From Eledone cirrhosa (lineage: Eukaryota), in the NCBI GenBank assembly GCA_964016885.1, contig OZ024745.1, positions 74,338,001 through 74,402,000 on the forward strand: a stretch of 64,000 bases of DNA, given 5' to 3'. The notes below the pieces were generated by a model. That model was not told where the DNA came from. It saw nothing but the letters and a program-made list of their open reading frames with translations, and did not search any database. Positions within the stretch are counted from its first letter, which is position 1, and every line of letters begins with the position of its first letter. Of this stretch, positions 51,001 to 64,000 are shown piece after piece. The position numbers and the translations under genes are program-made.

Positions 51001-51812
51001 TTTTCTGTTATTATTGTTTTGTAGATTGGCAGTATCGGTGGAGTGTCAGAGAACATGCTTTGCAGCATAGAGTTTATGGGCCTTTATGTTCAAATTCCAC
51101 CAAGGTTAGCTTCTTTGCCTTTCATCCTTACAGGGTCAATAAAATAACATACCAGAAATGCATTGGAGTCAATTTAATCAACTTTCCCCTCCCAAAAATT
51201 GTTGGCTTTGTGCCTAACTCAGAAACCAGTATTGTGTTGTAATGTTATTAGGATGTAATGATTTTCAATTGTCGAACATTTAAATTAACATTTCAAATCT
51301 CATTCAGTAGAGACCAGGTCATGACAAAACATGTAACATGAATAAATATACGCAGCCGTATATTATGTAATGTCTGTATCACCAATTGAATAAGATGAAG
51401 AGAATTCAAAAATGCAAGTTTTAATTTGATTATGCAAACTTTCTTCATGTTAGTAGTCTTTTAGTAAATAGGAATTAAAATTTTGTATGGACATCCAGTG
51501 AATCAATAACATTCTTATAGCTAGAGAATAATAAACAGCCTAACATAGACTAATACACAATATGTTCCACTGTAGTCACATATTGTTTCAAGTGTTCAGT
51601 GGATTACTTCCATTCAAATTGATTACTCCTACTCAATTGACCAACTTTAGTCAATACAACAGGCCTAAATGGTTTAGAAAATGCAGATGGCCAATCATTT
51701 CAGGATTTTTAAAACTAAATTTTTTTTGTAACATTTATTTATTTATGAGACCTAAACAGAGGAAAGAGAAAATTTTTCTTTGATTTTTAATTCCACATTC
51801 ATGTATATAGAA

Positions 51813-52253
51813 CAGAGGTCTCAAACTCAAATACTCAAAAGGATCATTATATCCTGGGAAAGAGGAACAACTGGCCAAAAGTGAGATGGGAGGTTGGGGC
51901 ATGATTTCCACCAGTTATAATGCTAATCTGCAATGCAGCTGATAGGTTGTTATTTTTCTTTCTTCTTTTTCATCGAAATGAATATGTATACGATAGTAAG
52001 TGGGAATATGCTAATCGCTACAAAATGTAAGGCGACAAATTTTCTGCTTCAAAATTTCCTTAATTTTGTTTTTACTTTTGGTAAGACCCCTCTTTTCCAT
52101 TTTCACATTTAATAAACTCTGGGGGTTTTTTTTTCCATTTTATTATATTTCAAGAGTAAATTGCAATAAATTGTACTACAATTAAAATGGACAAATTACA
52201 AACATTGTGTGTGATAAAAAAATAGTTTACGGGTCATGTGTTTGAGACCCCTG
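51813..52253. mobile_element. hAT/Charlie-type MITE
   Basis: CAGAGGTCTCAAAC...GTTTGAGACCCCTG; degenerate 8-bp flanks (atatagaa / gtataaag). Confidence 0.7.
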
Positions 52254-52485
52254 GTATAAAGAGTTTCTTTCAACTTTCTACATCACATTTTATGGGTATT
52301 CACATTTTCTTTTTTAAATAAATTCAGAGAAGAGAGTTGGTGACAAATAATGAAGGAAGAATATTGTAAAATTGGCATTACAATAAATAAAAGTAATCAC
52401 TTAACAAATTCTCTTCATTTTTACATTTGTTTTTCCATGATACTGAAAGTTGAATAGGTTTGCCATATCACTACTGATCTTTCAG

Positions 52486-52578
52486 CACATTTTCTGTGAA
52501 GTCCAGCGGACTGAGAATGGACCTTACCACATTTTCTGTGAAGTCCAGAGGACTGAGAATAGACCTCATCACATTTTC
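52486..52578. repeat. 42-bp tandem duplication
   Basis: CACATTTTCTGTGAAGTCCAG.GGACTGAGAAT occurs twice. Confidence 0.85.
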
Positions 52579-52589
52579 CCATCAACAAT

Positions 52590-52880
52590 TCTGAAAACAT
52601 TTCCATATCTTTCCACTGCATTTCAACTTATGCCTTTAATGCTGCCTAGCTGCTATTTCAGCTTACTTTTGCTCAATTTTTCACACATATCATAATCATG
52701 TCATTTATCTCGAGCCTCAGCATATCTTTGACATCCCATTGCCCAAGTTTTATTAAGATACATCATTGCATTCTTTGTATAGTCTATCTCTTGCACAAAA
52801 GAAGTGGAATCCCTTAGTTTTCAGTAGAGGCAACAGCTACTTGAACTTTTCTACTTCTACCTTATTGTAGTTGGTATGTT
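52590..52880 (-). pseudogene. Old RTE ORF2 relic
   Basis: Minus strand reads KKFK*LLPLLKTKGF, homologous to WKKFRELLPLLAAKGF. Confidence 0.55.
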
Positions 52881-53154
52881 TTCAATACATAATATCGAAT
52901 CTATGAGATTTTGATATTATTTATTTTGAGAACAATACCGTAATATCACTATGAGTGGCCAGTTACAGCCTGTTTAAACAGAATGTGGTGAGATAATTTT
53001 GGCTGGTTATGGCCAGTTTAAATGCTAAAAGGTTAAAAAAAGAAAAACAATTGGGTGTAGATTGAGGGAGATTTGGATGTTCCTTTTTGCTCCAGCATTA
53101 AATAGCAGAAACTATCAATTTAATCAAGTGGACTTTACCCCCTCTAGTCCCATG

Positions 53155-53415
53155 CATGTGGCCTAGTGGTAATATTGTGGGTTCGATTTTTAGGCTGTCT
53201 TCTGTGTGTTGTGTTCTTGAGCAAAATACTTCATTTCATGTTGCTCCAGTATACTCAGCCGAAAATGAGTATCAACAATAGATGGGAGTTTAACCCTGCG
53301 ATGGACTGGCATCCTGTCCAGGGGGAGTTTTGTACTCTCAGTTGCTTCACACCACAAAACTAAGATAAGCACCAGTCTGACGAGCCTTCTGGCTTGAGAC
53401 AGAGATTTTAGACTA
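53155..53415 (+). mobile_element. SINE family B
   Basis: Matches 38050-38325. Confidence 0.85.
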
Positions 53416-53515
53416 GAGACTATTCTCATGCATTCATCATCTAGTTGCTCTTGTATACCATATCTAACCACTACATCATTTCTATACTCATCATTGCTTA
53501 CATTATTAGACTATA

Positions 53516-53704
53516 AGGGCGGTGAATTGGCAGTATCGGTAGAGGGTTGGACGCCATGTTTTCTAACATAGTTACGTCCCTTTACAGTCTGAGTTCAAAT
53601 CCCGGTGAGGTTAACTTTGCCTTTCATCCTTACGGGGTTGATAAAATAAAGTACTAGTAATGTACTGGGTAATTGCTGGCCTTGTGCCTAAAGTAGAAAC
53701 AATT
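53516..53704 (+). mobile_element. SINE family A with TSD TTAGACTAT
   Basis: Matches 34297-34484; direct repeat on both flanks. Confidence 0.88.
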
Positions 53705-56700
53705 GTTAGACTATTACCAAATTCATTACAAATTTCATAAGAAGTTCCAGAGGGCAGCTGACAATTCACATGTTATAGATTAATATTTGTTAATTTTTAG
53801 TGTCTTTCTTTTTTAACTTAATAAATTTCTCAATGTGAAAGAAACTGTCTTTGGTACCAATCTCAAGCCACTAGCATATTTAAAATTCAAAATTGCTAAA
53901 TCCAAGTCTATAGTGACATCTATTTACAGTGATTCCTACAGTAAATTCTGCTGTCAGTGAGTTATTAATATTGCCAAATCCATAGCTGCTGATTGTAATA
54001 TATAAATGCTATTAATATATATTTTTCTAATAACCCTTTCAAGAGCACTGCTGCTAGCAACAGATGTAATGACTATGGCATCATTATAATTGTAATTCTG
54101 TTGTGAATGATTGAATTTGAAGCAAGTGAAATGTCTCTCTCACACACACTCACATGTATATATGTGTGTGGGTGTTCATATATATAATACATGAGATTTT
54201 GGACTCTCTTTCTCTGTACAATATATGTGTGTTTGTGTTTGTGTGTGTGTATTTATGTGATCCTTAGGTGAAGAAATTTATGGATTTCAAGGGGAAGGAA
54301 AATGTAATAGAATTGGTGAAAGCTAATATTTAGATACTAAATCTCACAAAGAAAATAACAATGAAAAGACAAGTGAAAGGAGATTGCACTAGAGAAGACT
54401 CATTTAACCCTTGTAGGCGTGGAAATTTGAATATAAAAATGATGATGATGATGATGATAGAGAGATTAAGAGATTTTGAACTTAGCTATATTGAAATAAT
54501 TTTGCTAAAGACAAAATCTTGGGATGTTGCCAGCTGCTTTGAATCTGAAAAGGTTAACCATTGATTCAGCTGATGTTTCTTCACTGTTTTAATCACATTT
54601 AATTTCAAGAATCAAAACCCATTGAGTATAATATCTCAGCTGCCTGCTGGGATTGAACTCAATATTCATTGCTCTTGTAGGTTGACCTCCACCAAAATAC
54701 CACAGTAAAGGTTATATGTTATTTATGTTATTATTATTATACTGTCTTAGTGGAATGTATAACAATGACACAAGCTGCTACTTCTCAAGATAGTCTGCTA
54801 TTTTTATCTATCTAACTGTCAAAATACTAAACCACATCAATCAATATTTGGAAATGAATTGCTATATTATAACATACTCCTGCAATGATGAAGGTGCTGT
54901 CATATTAACATTAATTTCTGCTAGAACTGTTGCAGCCTCCAGAGGTCAGAAAATATTCAATGTAGATGCATCTTTAGCTTTATCCATGTCTACAAAGCTG
55001 TAATTTTGACACCATTCTCATCATTGCCATGCTAAACATTGCCAGATACATGCAGTGAGATATTAGGGGAAAAGGAATGAGTTAGGTAGAGCAATTTACG
55101 ATGTATGTGATGAAGCTTTAACTGACAGGACCTTGTCATTGGAATATACATTTTTCTATCATTGTTGTTGACAGGTTTGGAATTGGGATCTTGAGTTAAT
55201 GTACAGAGGTTTCTACATAATCGCTTGATCTCCTAATGGAACAACTGAAACTTCAGTGAAGCAAATCCTTCAAATGTTTTGTTTGATATAACAGTAGAAG
55301 ATATTAAAATCTATAGTTTTAACAAAGTAGTCTGTCTTTCCATGAAAAATCAATTGTTTCTTTCTGTAAGGTGTGACATTTTTATGAAACTGCTTGAGAA
55401 TTCAGCTGCCTAATAATAATGTGATGCTATGACCATTGCTTTCTGTAATAATTTTATGACCACAGCTTACTACAGTAATGATAGGCTTGTACTTTTCTAG
55501 TAATCATTTCAGAGATGATTGATACTTTTCAATTGCAATGTCTTCATATTCTCACTGAAAACTTGATTCTTACCCTATAAGGTTAAAGAAAGGCCTGGAG
55601 TGAATTAGTAGGTATTGATATTATATCAAACATTATTCTTAGAAATGTGCACAAGTGATATTCAAAGACCAATTTTTATTGATGTAATAATATTTAACAT
55701 AATAGTGTTTTCTCTATACTTATAATAATAACTATTTCTTATTTTCCATAAGTGATGCAGATATGGAGACAATCACTTTGGTAGATAACCATACCTTTGT
55801 ACAATAATAGTTCATGTGGACTAAAGATGAAAGATTCTGTTAGTTTGAAGAAGAGCAAAGTTGTAATGTTCATGCCTTTCACATGGACATTAGCAGCATT
55901 AGTGAAGTAAAATTGCTTTAACCTGAATATGAAACTAGTTTGAGCTTGTATGATCTTAACTCTTATTTTAAAGTACTTGTCACAATAACATCACCATAGT
56001 AGCCTACATTAATTGTGTTGTAGTCAGGGTCAGATTTAATGGGGAGGGGGGCAAAGGGGGCTATTACCCCAGCCACGGCCTTAGCAATTTATTTGTGCCC
56101 TCTGCTTTGCCTTTTAGTTTTAGGATGGTTAGCATTTTTGAATTTAATACCTGTATGTATTACTTTTCAATTCCAATTACTTGCGCCAAGCTGACTTTGA
56201 TATGTAAAATTGGATGTTTGCTGTATATTCTATATTTTTGTCCAAGGTCTAAATCCAGCCCTGGTTGTAGTAATTCTTTACAGTAAGTATAGTCAAAATG
56301 CTGTATATGTGAGATGGTTGTAAGTTGAAATCCATTGTTATATCTATTCTGTTGTATTACTGGCCATACATAACATATTATTATAACTGTCACCAGTAGG
56401 TACTCTTGAGTCCCAAATAATAGGGGGGGGGGGGGGATCTATAAAAGTTAATAAGCAGTGGGGACAAAGATCATTCGAGACTTGAGAGCAACAGATTATC
56501 TAGGAGTGTTACTTCTGATAGACACCGGCATCTCATCTAAGAAATGCTTTGCTTTTCTTATCCACTTAACACCATGAAAGCAACAGTTGGTGGTCTTTAA
56601 AATTCCATCCATATTTGTAAGAGGAGATGTTAACATTTTCTTTTTACATCATCATCATTATCACCGTTTAATGTCCATTTTTCCATTCTAGCATGGGTTA

Positions 56701-57500
56701 GACAAGTTGTCTCATTATGAGTCAAGTCAGGTCCATGCTGCTAAGAGAAATGCTATAACTATAGTCATTTTATAACAGTGCCATTATATCACTATAATTA
56801 AAATATCATTCTTCTTAACAGATTATTGATTCAATAGTTTTACTCTTAATTTGTCTCCTCGCCAGTTCCATTACTAATATATATATATAGAGAGAGTCAT
56901 TTGCTATGTTAATGGGTAGGCTTGAGATGTCCCCCATCCTGTTTAAGGTGGGGATTTATTTTTGGATATATTCTGCTTCAATTTAATATGTTTTATACCC
57001 CTCTGAAGATGGAGAAATACAAATGATATCTGTCTATCATTTCGGATGTATAGGTCTTGATTAAACGAATTTTCACATAACATTTTTTTAATAATTTGAT
57101 GTACAACTCTCTTGAAACATGTGTAAGGAATTAAAAATGATTTAAAAGCTAATTTTTCCATATATATATATTATTTTGTCTCTGTACAATACAATTTATT
57201 CACAAGATAGTACCTAGAATATTTCAGTCATTGCAAAATAAATTAATAAAAAATATTGACAATATTATTTAATGTTAGAAATCAATATTTTATATGTTAC
57301 AAGTCAACATTATGCAATATAAACTGGATTAAACTATTCTAAATATAGATTTTAACACCTTGAAGTCGAAAGCTTTGAACAACACTTGAAATATCTACTA
57401 CATGTGACCATTCAACTTTAACAGACTCTCATATTGAATATTTAGTCCTTTCAGTTCACAGCTGCTACATGTTTAGTATCAACCTTGTCAATGAATTAAA

Positions 57501-57920
57501 TAATGGTCATGAATCTTGAGTAATGGCTGAAAGAATACAATAGCGAATGCAAGCAGCTGAAATAGGGTTCTTCCGAAGGGTCTTTGGAGTAACATTACTC
57601 GATAAAGTGTGTAGTTGGGAGATCAGAGAGTCACTCAAGGTAGAGCTGCTACTTCTCCCAAGTGAGGGAGCACAGCTCTGATACTATGGGCATGTAGTTA
57701 AAATGTCTCAGTAAAAATCGCTGGACAGATTTTACGGGCAAAAACCAACTGGTAGGAGACCCAGGGGTAGACCCTGAGCAAGATGGTTGGATAACATCCA
57801 TGAACTTGGCTGGTTTCAATTGGGGATCTAACTGAATCAGTTGGAGATGGTTGCTTCTGACAGGACCCGCTGGAAGGAGTCTTCGAGGACTCTGCTGCCA
57901 TGACCCTCTCAGGAATAACC
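57501..57920 (+). mobile_element. RTE family B truncated copy with 16-bp TSD
   Basis: Translates to GHES*VMAERIQ*RMQAAEIGFFRR...; TTGTCAATGAATTAAA at 57485 and 57924. Confidence 0.85.
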
Positions 57921-58385
57921 TTGTTGTCAATGAATTAAAGTACAGTGAAATAGGTTATAAGGTATATATATATATCAGAAAAAATGTTTAGATAAGCTCT
58001 GATTTATCTCCAGACGAAATCTTAGATGCTGCTGACAGTTGTGGGCATAAAAAGGTTATATGCACCAATAAATCAATTTTCATCATTTAGTCCACATGAC
58101 TGTAATGGTGAAAAATAGAACCAATATTGAACATCTCCCTACATGAAGTTCATGTTTCTCTTTCAAGAAACATGAACTAAGTGTATGATAAAATTTGTCC
58201 CCATGTTAGATCCATGCATGTGTGGTGGGTTTAGGAGATATGTTTAAGTAATATTTCATTTGCTCTTTTATATTCACTTTTTTTTTACTTAATAGTTTAG
58301 ATATATTTTCAAGAGTATAAAGTTGCTATTCTATCAATGTGTATACATGCTCTTATGTACCTCCCATGCTCTCTAATACATACAT

Positions 58386-58420
<35 letters not shown>

Positions 58421-59977
58421 AACAGTCAAACATCAATGAGAAAAGAATATGAAACAGTAGCCCTAGCAGTGCTATTTTATCTATGTTACCCACACTGAAA
58501 ATATTTTCAGATCTTTATCACTATCAACACTAATAAACTAAAAAAATCACTCAGTTGACTTACTGGGTATGGCAATATGTCTGGTTTCATATATCTATCT
58601 AAAAGCAAAGCTATTTTAAGTTTTAAATTTCCATTACAATCTCATTTCTGAGTAGCAGTAATCTTGTTTAACAGTTTATAGAAATATTATCTGCTTAATT
58701 TAATATTCACAGGTACCAAAACCACCATCAGCATTGTTATGAAAGGCCAACTTTGGCATATCTATTTGAAGAATATTGCTTTAAGTGGTCTATATTATTC
58801 TTAAATAAATTCCTCAGTTAAGATGATTAATTTTCATGTCTTTGGCATGATTAAGTTCAGTCTAAAAAAAGTTTCTATGAAGCTTATTAAATGATAGAAT
58901 GATATATACTTACAACATAGCTGAGATAGTCTAAGCAGTAGAATTCCTTACTGTACTTAGATTACTATCTCATTGTTCGGAGGTCAAATTCCATTGAAAC
59001 CAATAAGTGCTAATAATATACTGGGATCCACTCAATAGAGAATAGCTATGCAAGATTGGCTTTTTGCCGAAGTAAGTAATCAATAGTATACACTATTATT
59101 TCTAAACAATGAAAGTAATAGGGAGAAAGAAAAAGACATGTGAAGGAAACCCTTTGCAACCTCTATATATTATATACTCTTGCCTAATTAGTTGCATATG
59201 TTAGTGATGCATGTGCTGAAGGTCCATTTTTTAAATAATCAGCATTAAAATGTGTATATTACTTCAGTTGATCAGTGTATGTAGTAGATCTGTGTATGAT
59301 CATCATCATCATCCCCATCATCATTCAATATCTGTTTTCCCTGCTAGCAAGGGTTGGACTGATTTTATATATATTAATGCAGTAATCTTAACTATTTAGA
59401 AATGCATCTATTTATTCATGATTTGTCCCTATAGTTAAGATGCCTCATTCAGTTGATAATGTTGATTTCATTGTGTTATTATTACCAGCTAAAGACATTA
59501 TTTCTATTGACTAAGAGAGAGAGAGAGAGCCTGTCTTGTGTTCACTTGAATTTGTAAGAACTTATTATCTTTCAAAGAAATCTTAGTAACACAAATCTAT
59601 GTGCCGTATTTTATCTGAATTATATGTTAGTTATGAAGTCTCCCATGTTCTCTGCTGGAAAGTATATTAGAATTTATGCAGTAGTAATGTTAAAACTTAC
59701 AGAGAAAAACATGTAATTTCAATATGATATATTACTGTCATAATTTCAACTAGCAATAACCCCTCTGGTTTATTTCATTGACCATGATACTGCCTCTCTA
59801 CTTGCATTTTACTGCCTCTTTACATGCATTTATTCTAAGTTCAATTCTATTGATAGTATAATGAAATGTAACTTTTATGGTTAAATGCTGCAGATTTCGC
59901 AGATAATTATAATTATTATGATTTTTTAACTAAACTGGTTTGAAATACAGTTTAGAGCACTGAATCCTCTCATGTGT

Positions 59978-60297
59978 GATGGTGCATGGCTTTGTGGTTA
60001 GAGTATTCAGCTCACAATCGTAAGGTTGTGAGTTCAATTCCCAGCAGCGTATTGTCTTCTTGAGCAAGACACCTTAGTTCATGTTGCTCCAGTCCACTCA
60101 CCTGGCAAAAATGAGTTGTACCTGTAATTCGAAGGGTCAGCTTTGTTACATTCTGTGTCACGTTGAATCTCCCTGAGAACTATATTAAGACTATGCATGT
60201 CTGTGGAAGGCTCAGCCACTTGCACGCTAATTTCACGAGCAGGCTGTTCCATCGATTGGATCAACTGGAACACTCGTCATAACCAATGGAGTGCCAC
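59978..60297 (+). mobile_element. tRNA-derived SINE (head and centre as at 15310, different tail)
   Basis: TGGCTTTGTGGTTAGAG, GAGTTCAATTCC, TTGAGCAAGACACC; tail shared with 16265-16420. Confidence 0.8.
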
Positions 60298-61639
60298 TAA
60301 TCTCCCATGTATATCCTGGCCTTTAAATAACTATTTGCTTTCTCAACTCATGTGATGCTCTCAGCTGAACCTCTATTTGATATCCTACTAAAGGTGTCGC
60401 ATTTTACTTGAGATAAATCTTTTAAGATTTATACCATGATCAACCCTAACTGAACAGACCTATGATCAAATATATCCCAAATGTGGTCAACCTGTCTTTG
60501 TAATATATGATTTGAAAGAGATTTGGCTGCTATTTCTAACAGGTCGATTGAGCATGTAGAGGTTTTTGCCTAGGCTTAAGCTCATGTTGCTTGAGAATTA
60601 GATGATCAAGGTTCAAAAACAAAGCAGACATTAAGTGTTTGACCAAATCCAGTAAAGATAATAGATAGTAATTATACCAGCTTGCATGCCAGTCTAGACT
60701 GTGTAATTGACGTGATTAATAGCCTTTCATCTTACTGGTTGATAATATAAAGGACTAGTGATATATTAGTGTGTATATAGTCACACAGTAGATTCTGTGT
60801 TGTCTGGATTGATTTGATTGGACTCTATACCATAGTTTTATTTGATTAGAACCAAACGTAATGTAATGAGTTGGTTTACATTAACTATGTGAGTGTACAC
60901 TCTACTAACTCCTCTTCAAGGGTTACTGACTGTGCAGTAGATATATTCTGTATAGAATTTGGTGTTGTTTTAACTCGATGATGGATCCATAGAATGGGAC
61001 CAATCTCTCTCATAGAATTTTGACTCTTTGAGCAGGTACTGTGATCCATCTCTTTGATTGCTCGTTTTACATTTTCCAGCTAGGTATGCTTCATCTCAAC
61101 TCACATGGACACATCAGACTCCTGTTAATTACTCAAACTTTGACTTAAATACATAGCCAAGAGGTTAATTTGAGGATCCAAAACTTGTGTATACTGACCA
61201 GTGATTGCATTTCTGTTGGTGATATAGAATTTCTTAAACTCATTCCATCATTGTTTCATATTTTAATTATCTTATGTATAGCTAAGGTTTCCTGTGCTTA
61301 TAAATCTAATACAAGATAGACACTTCATTATAGGAACTACAAAACTCTTCTCCTTCAAACTTTTAAACAGAGTAGAGAGAGACATTACTTTTATCAGTAA
61401 ATGTGATAAAAAGGCTACATACTTTCCCCCATTGACTATCAGCTACATTCAGCTAGCTTGTCAAATAATATACAGATAACTTAATGCAATGATTACATAC
61501 CCTAGGGTACACTTAGAAAGTATATAAATAATAAACATTAAAAAATAAATATTTGTTTTCAAAAAGCTGCAGTTTCAACTACATGTCACCGAAAATATAA
61601 CTTATCTGGTTTTTTTTCATATTTAGCTTGCTATAACTG

Positions 61640-61810
61640 TGACAGAGTGTCTCAGCTACAACTTAACTTACTATGAAAGTAACAGTGTCTCAGCTACAAC
61701 TATGACAGTAACAGTGTCTCAGCTACAACTTAACTTACTATGACAGTGACAATGTCTCACTCAAAAGACCTACAACTTAACTTACTATGACAGTGACATT
61801 GTATCTCAGA
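61640..61810. repeat. Irregular ~30-50-bp minisatellite (CAGTGTCTCAGCTACAACTTAACTTACTATGACAGT)
   Basis: 4-5 directly visible units. Confidence 0.85.
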
Positions 61811-62319
61811 GAGTTACACTACAAGAATTCACCTTTACCTTTTCCATATTTAACTTAGCTTCCTATCATCACCATTTAATGTCTGCTTTCCGTGCTAGCA
61901 AGGGTTAGATGGAACTGTGACAATGTTTTGGGGAGTTACACCACAGGAATTTCTTGTTGCATTTTAACTCCATTGAGGGAGCCTCTACATAGTCACTAGA
62001 CCTGCTAGAAATAGCAGCTCACTCCCCTTCAAATCACAGTCACCATCTTAAAATGGATGGACACAGTTAATGCAATCCTAGATATCACTAAAAAGATAGG
62101 ACAATCACCGCTGAAATGCTTCTGATTATAGATCTGCTTTATCAAGATTAAAATCTGGGCTACACAGTAGATTGTGAAGGCATATAAGTAAAGAGGTTGT
62201 GGCATACATTACTTTCTCAAATTAATTAAGAATATAGTTAATGGGAAATATGTCCTTAGATAAAGGCAAATCCACTGTAACTAGCATTTGAGAAAGCCTG
62301 TTACAGGGTGTTATGTCTA

Positions 62320-63372
62320 GTAGTGAGGTGGTTGTCAAGAAAGCTAGGTGTGAATGAATGACTTGTGAGAGCTTTGTAAGAAAGATATAAAAATGCTGTC
62401 AGTAAGGTAAAAATTATCAGCATATTTGGCAAGATATGCAAGTAAGTATGCATCAGGTCTCACTTCTTAGAACCAACCCCTGTTTATTATAGTTCTCCAA
62501 GCCAAAGCAGAGGACTTTAAAACCAGCTGTCCAAAGAAATTTTTTTATGACAATAATGTACATCTCAAGGATGAGTCATTTGAAGAATTAGAGAAGATAT
62601 TCCAAATGTTTAAACAAAACCTTGAATGAAGAAGCATAAGAGCAAAAAATTAACTGAGAAGACGGACTCTATTGCTATGTAGGAAATGGCTTTGCTTGAT
62701 ATGGTACAAAAGGAGCAAATACAAATCCTATACAATACATCCCATGTAAATTACAGGTGCATAGATAAGCTGATTGTGAAGAATATCATAGGAATTGTTA
62801 ACAATAAAATCACCCGTGAAATAAAATCTTTCAAATACTTGGAAGGTTCCATACAAGTAGCTGACATCTTTTTGAGTTATCAAAAATAAGTTTGAGGAGC
62901 TATTACCTTTAATATGAAGGTTGATGCTGGTGTGTGAATTGGATGATGCTGGTGTGTGAAGTGTGATGTTGCATGGTAGCGAAATATTGGCTTTGAATAA
63001 AGAGGATGCATGAATGCTAGAAAGAAATGGAGTGAACATACTCCATAAGATATGTAATGTTAGAGTGAATGAGCAACAAAGCACAAGTAAACTGAGAGTA
63101 AAAGCTAGGTAAAAGAAATCAGTGTGTAAAAGGAAAGACTGTGCTGGTACAATCCTGTGATGTGTATGGAGGATGAAAGTTGGGTAAAGAAATGCTAAAC
63201 ATTACAAGTGAAAGGACCTGCAGAAGAGGAAGATTTCAAGAGAAGTGGTCAATACTGATATTGTGGTATGGAACGTCCTGAAAGAAATGACAAGAAAATA
63301 TAAGTGGTATGATACTGTGCTGGAAAAAACCCATGCAAGCATGGAAAAATGGACATAAAGTGATGTTGATGA
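62320..63372 (+). pseudogene. Old, heavily decayed RTE-A-related copy
   Basis: Residual motifs RKLGVNE*LVRAL, KTSCP, MLHGSEILAL and RLCWY, plus a CCATGCAAGCATGGAAAAATGGAC tail. Confidence 0.7.
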
Positions 63373-63379
63373 TACACAT

Positions 63380-63625
63380 ACTTCTTCTTCACCAACTTAT
63401 TCCTGAGAAGGTTGTTGGGGACAGAGTCCTCAAACACTCCTCCCAACAGGTCCTGTCAGAAGCAGTCATCTCTAACTGATCCTGCTGGATCCCCAAGCAA
63501 GACCAACCAAGCTCATGGATGTTATCCAACCATCTTGCTCTACCCCTGGGACCCCTGGATCTCTCAATTCAGAGAAGTAATGGCTCCACCTGGAGCGATT
63601 CTCTGATCTACGCACTCTATCAAGG
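63380..63625 (-). mobile_element. RTE family B 3' fragment (internally deleted)
   Basis: CTTCTTCTTC tail and TTATTCCTGAGA; matches 50675-50820. Confidence 0.8.
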
Positions 63626-64000
63626 GTTGAATAAGTTGTTAGCAGATTAGGTTGATACTCAAAACAGGAGTACTGACTGCTCAGTGGGCTCAGAGTCTGC
63701 ATCTTGCTTACATATGTTCATTCACCCTACCAAGTACTTAGATGGGCCAGCAGCCCGCAACTCACTTACATACAATTCCACACACTACCATGTGCATTTT
63801 ATTGTGATACCAGCACTAGGGAAGTTGTCATGTCTTTGACTGAAGAGTCCCGCTGATCCTTTGTTTGGTAGGTTTTCTATGGCTGGATGACCTTCCTATC
63901 AACAACCACTTTACAGAGTGTACTGGTTACATTTATTTACTGGTTACATGTAAATCACCAAAGTCCTTCCAACCCTTTGTTGATGAAGGTGATATTTAAA

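Noticed and set aside
61066-61090. Acceptor and donor flanking a 4-nt micro-exon (ccag|CTAG|gtatgc)
   Set aside because: Frame-shifting, weak donor, and no supporting evidence.

Overview
AT-rich, repeat-dominated animal genomic DNA, either intronic or intergenic. The mix of (TA)n arrays, RTE LINEs ending in (GAT)n and tRNA-derived SINEs suggests an octopus or other coleoid cephalopod (inference). No complete host gene is identifiable; there is one plausible start-codon exon at 14155-14298. The window holds: (1) a 5'-truncated, frameshifted Penelope-like element (RT + GIY-YIG, Naiad-like) bounded by inverted pLTRs that each carry a minimal hammerhead ribozyme; (2) many truncated copies of two RTE-clade LINE families, one with a PHD-type finger inside the RT; (3) relics of CRE-like and Vingi/Ingi-like LINEs and a second PLE; (4) several SINE families; (5) a non-autonomous Helitron nested in a TTAA MITE, plus several other MITEs. 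The most notable signal is a set of sequence-unrelated, non-coding fold-back mini-elements at (TA)n tracts. Several carry hammerhead motifs in both orientations, one has a variant CAGAAGA core, and most share a short 3' ACTC...TTGAGTRC stem-loop. Hammerheads in PLE pLTRs are already known. The shared terminal motif, the variant cores and the (TA)n-centred inverted duplications are what merit testing. Coordinates were read by eye and may be off by a few bases.
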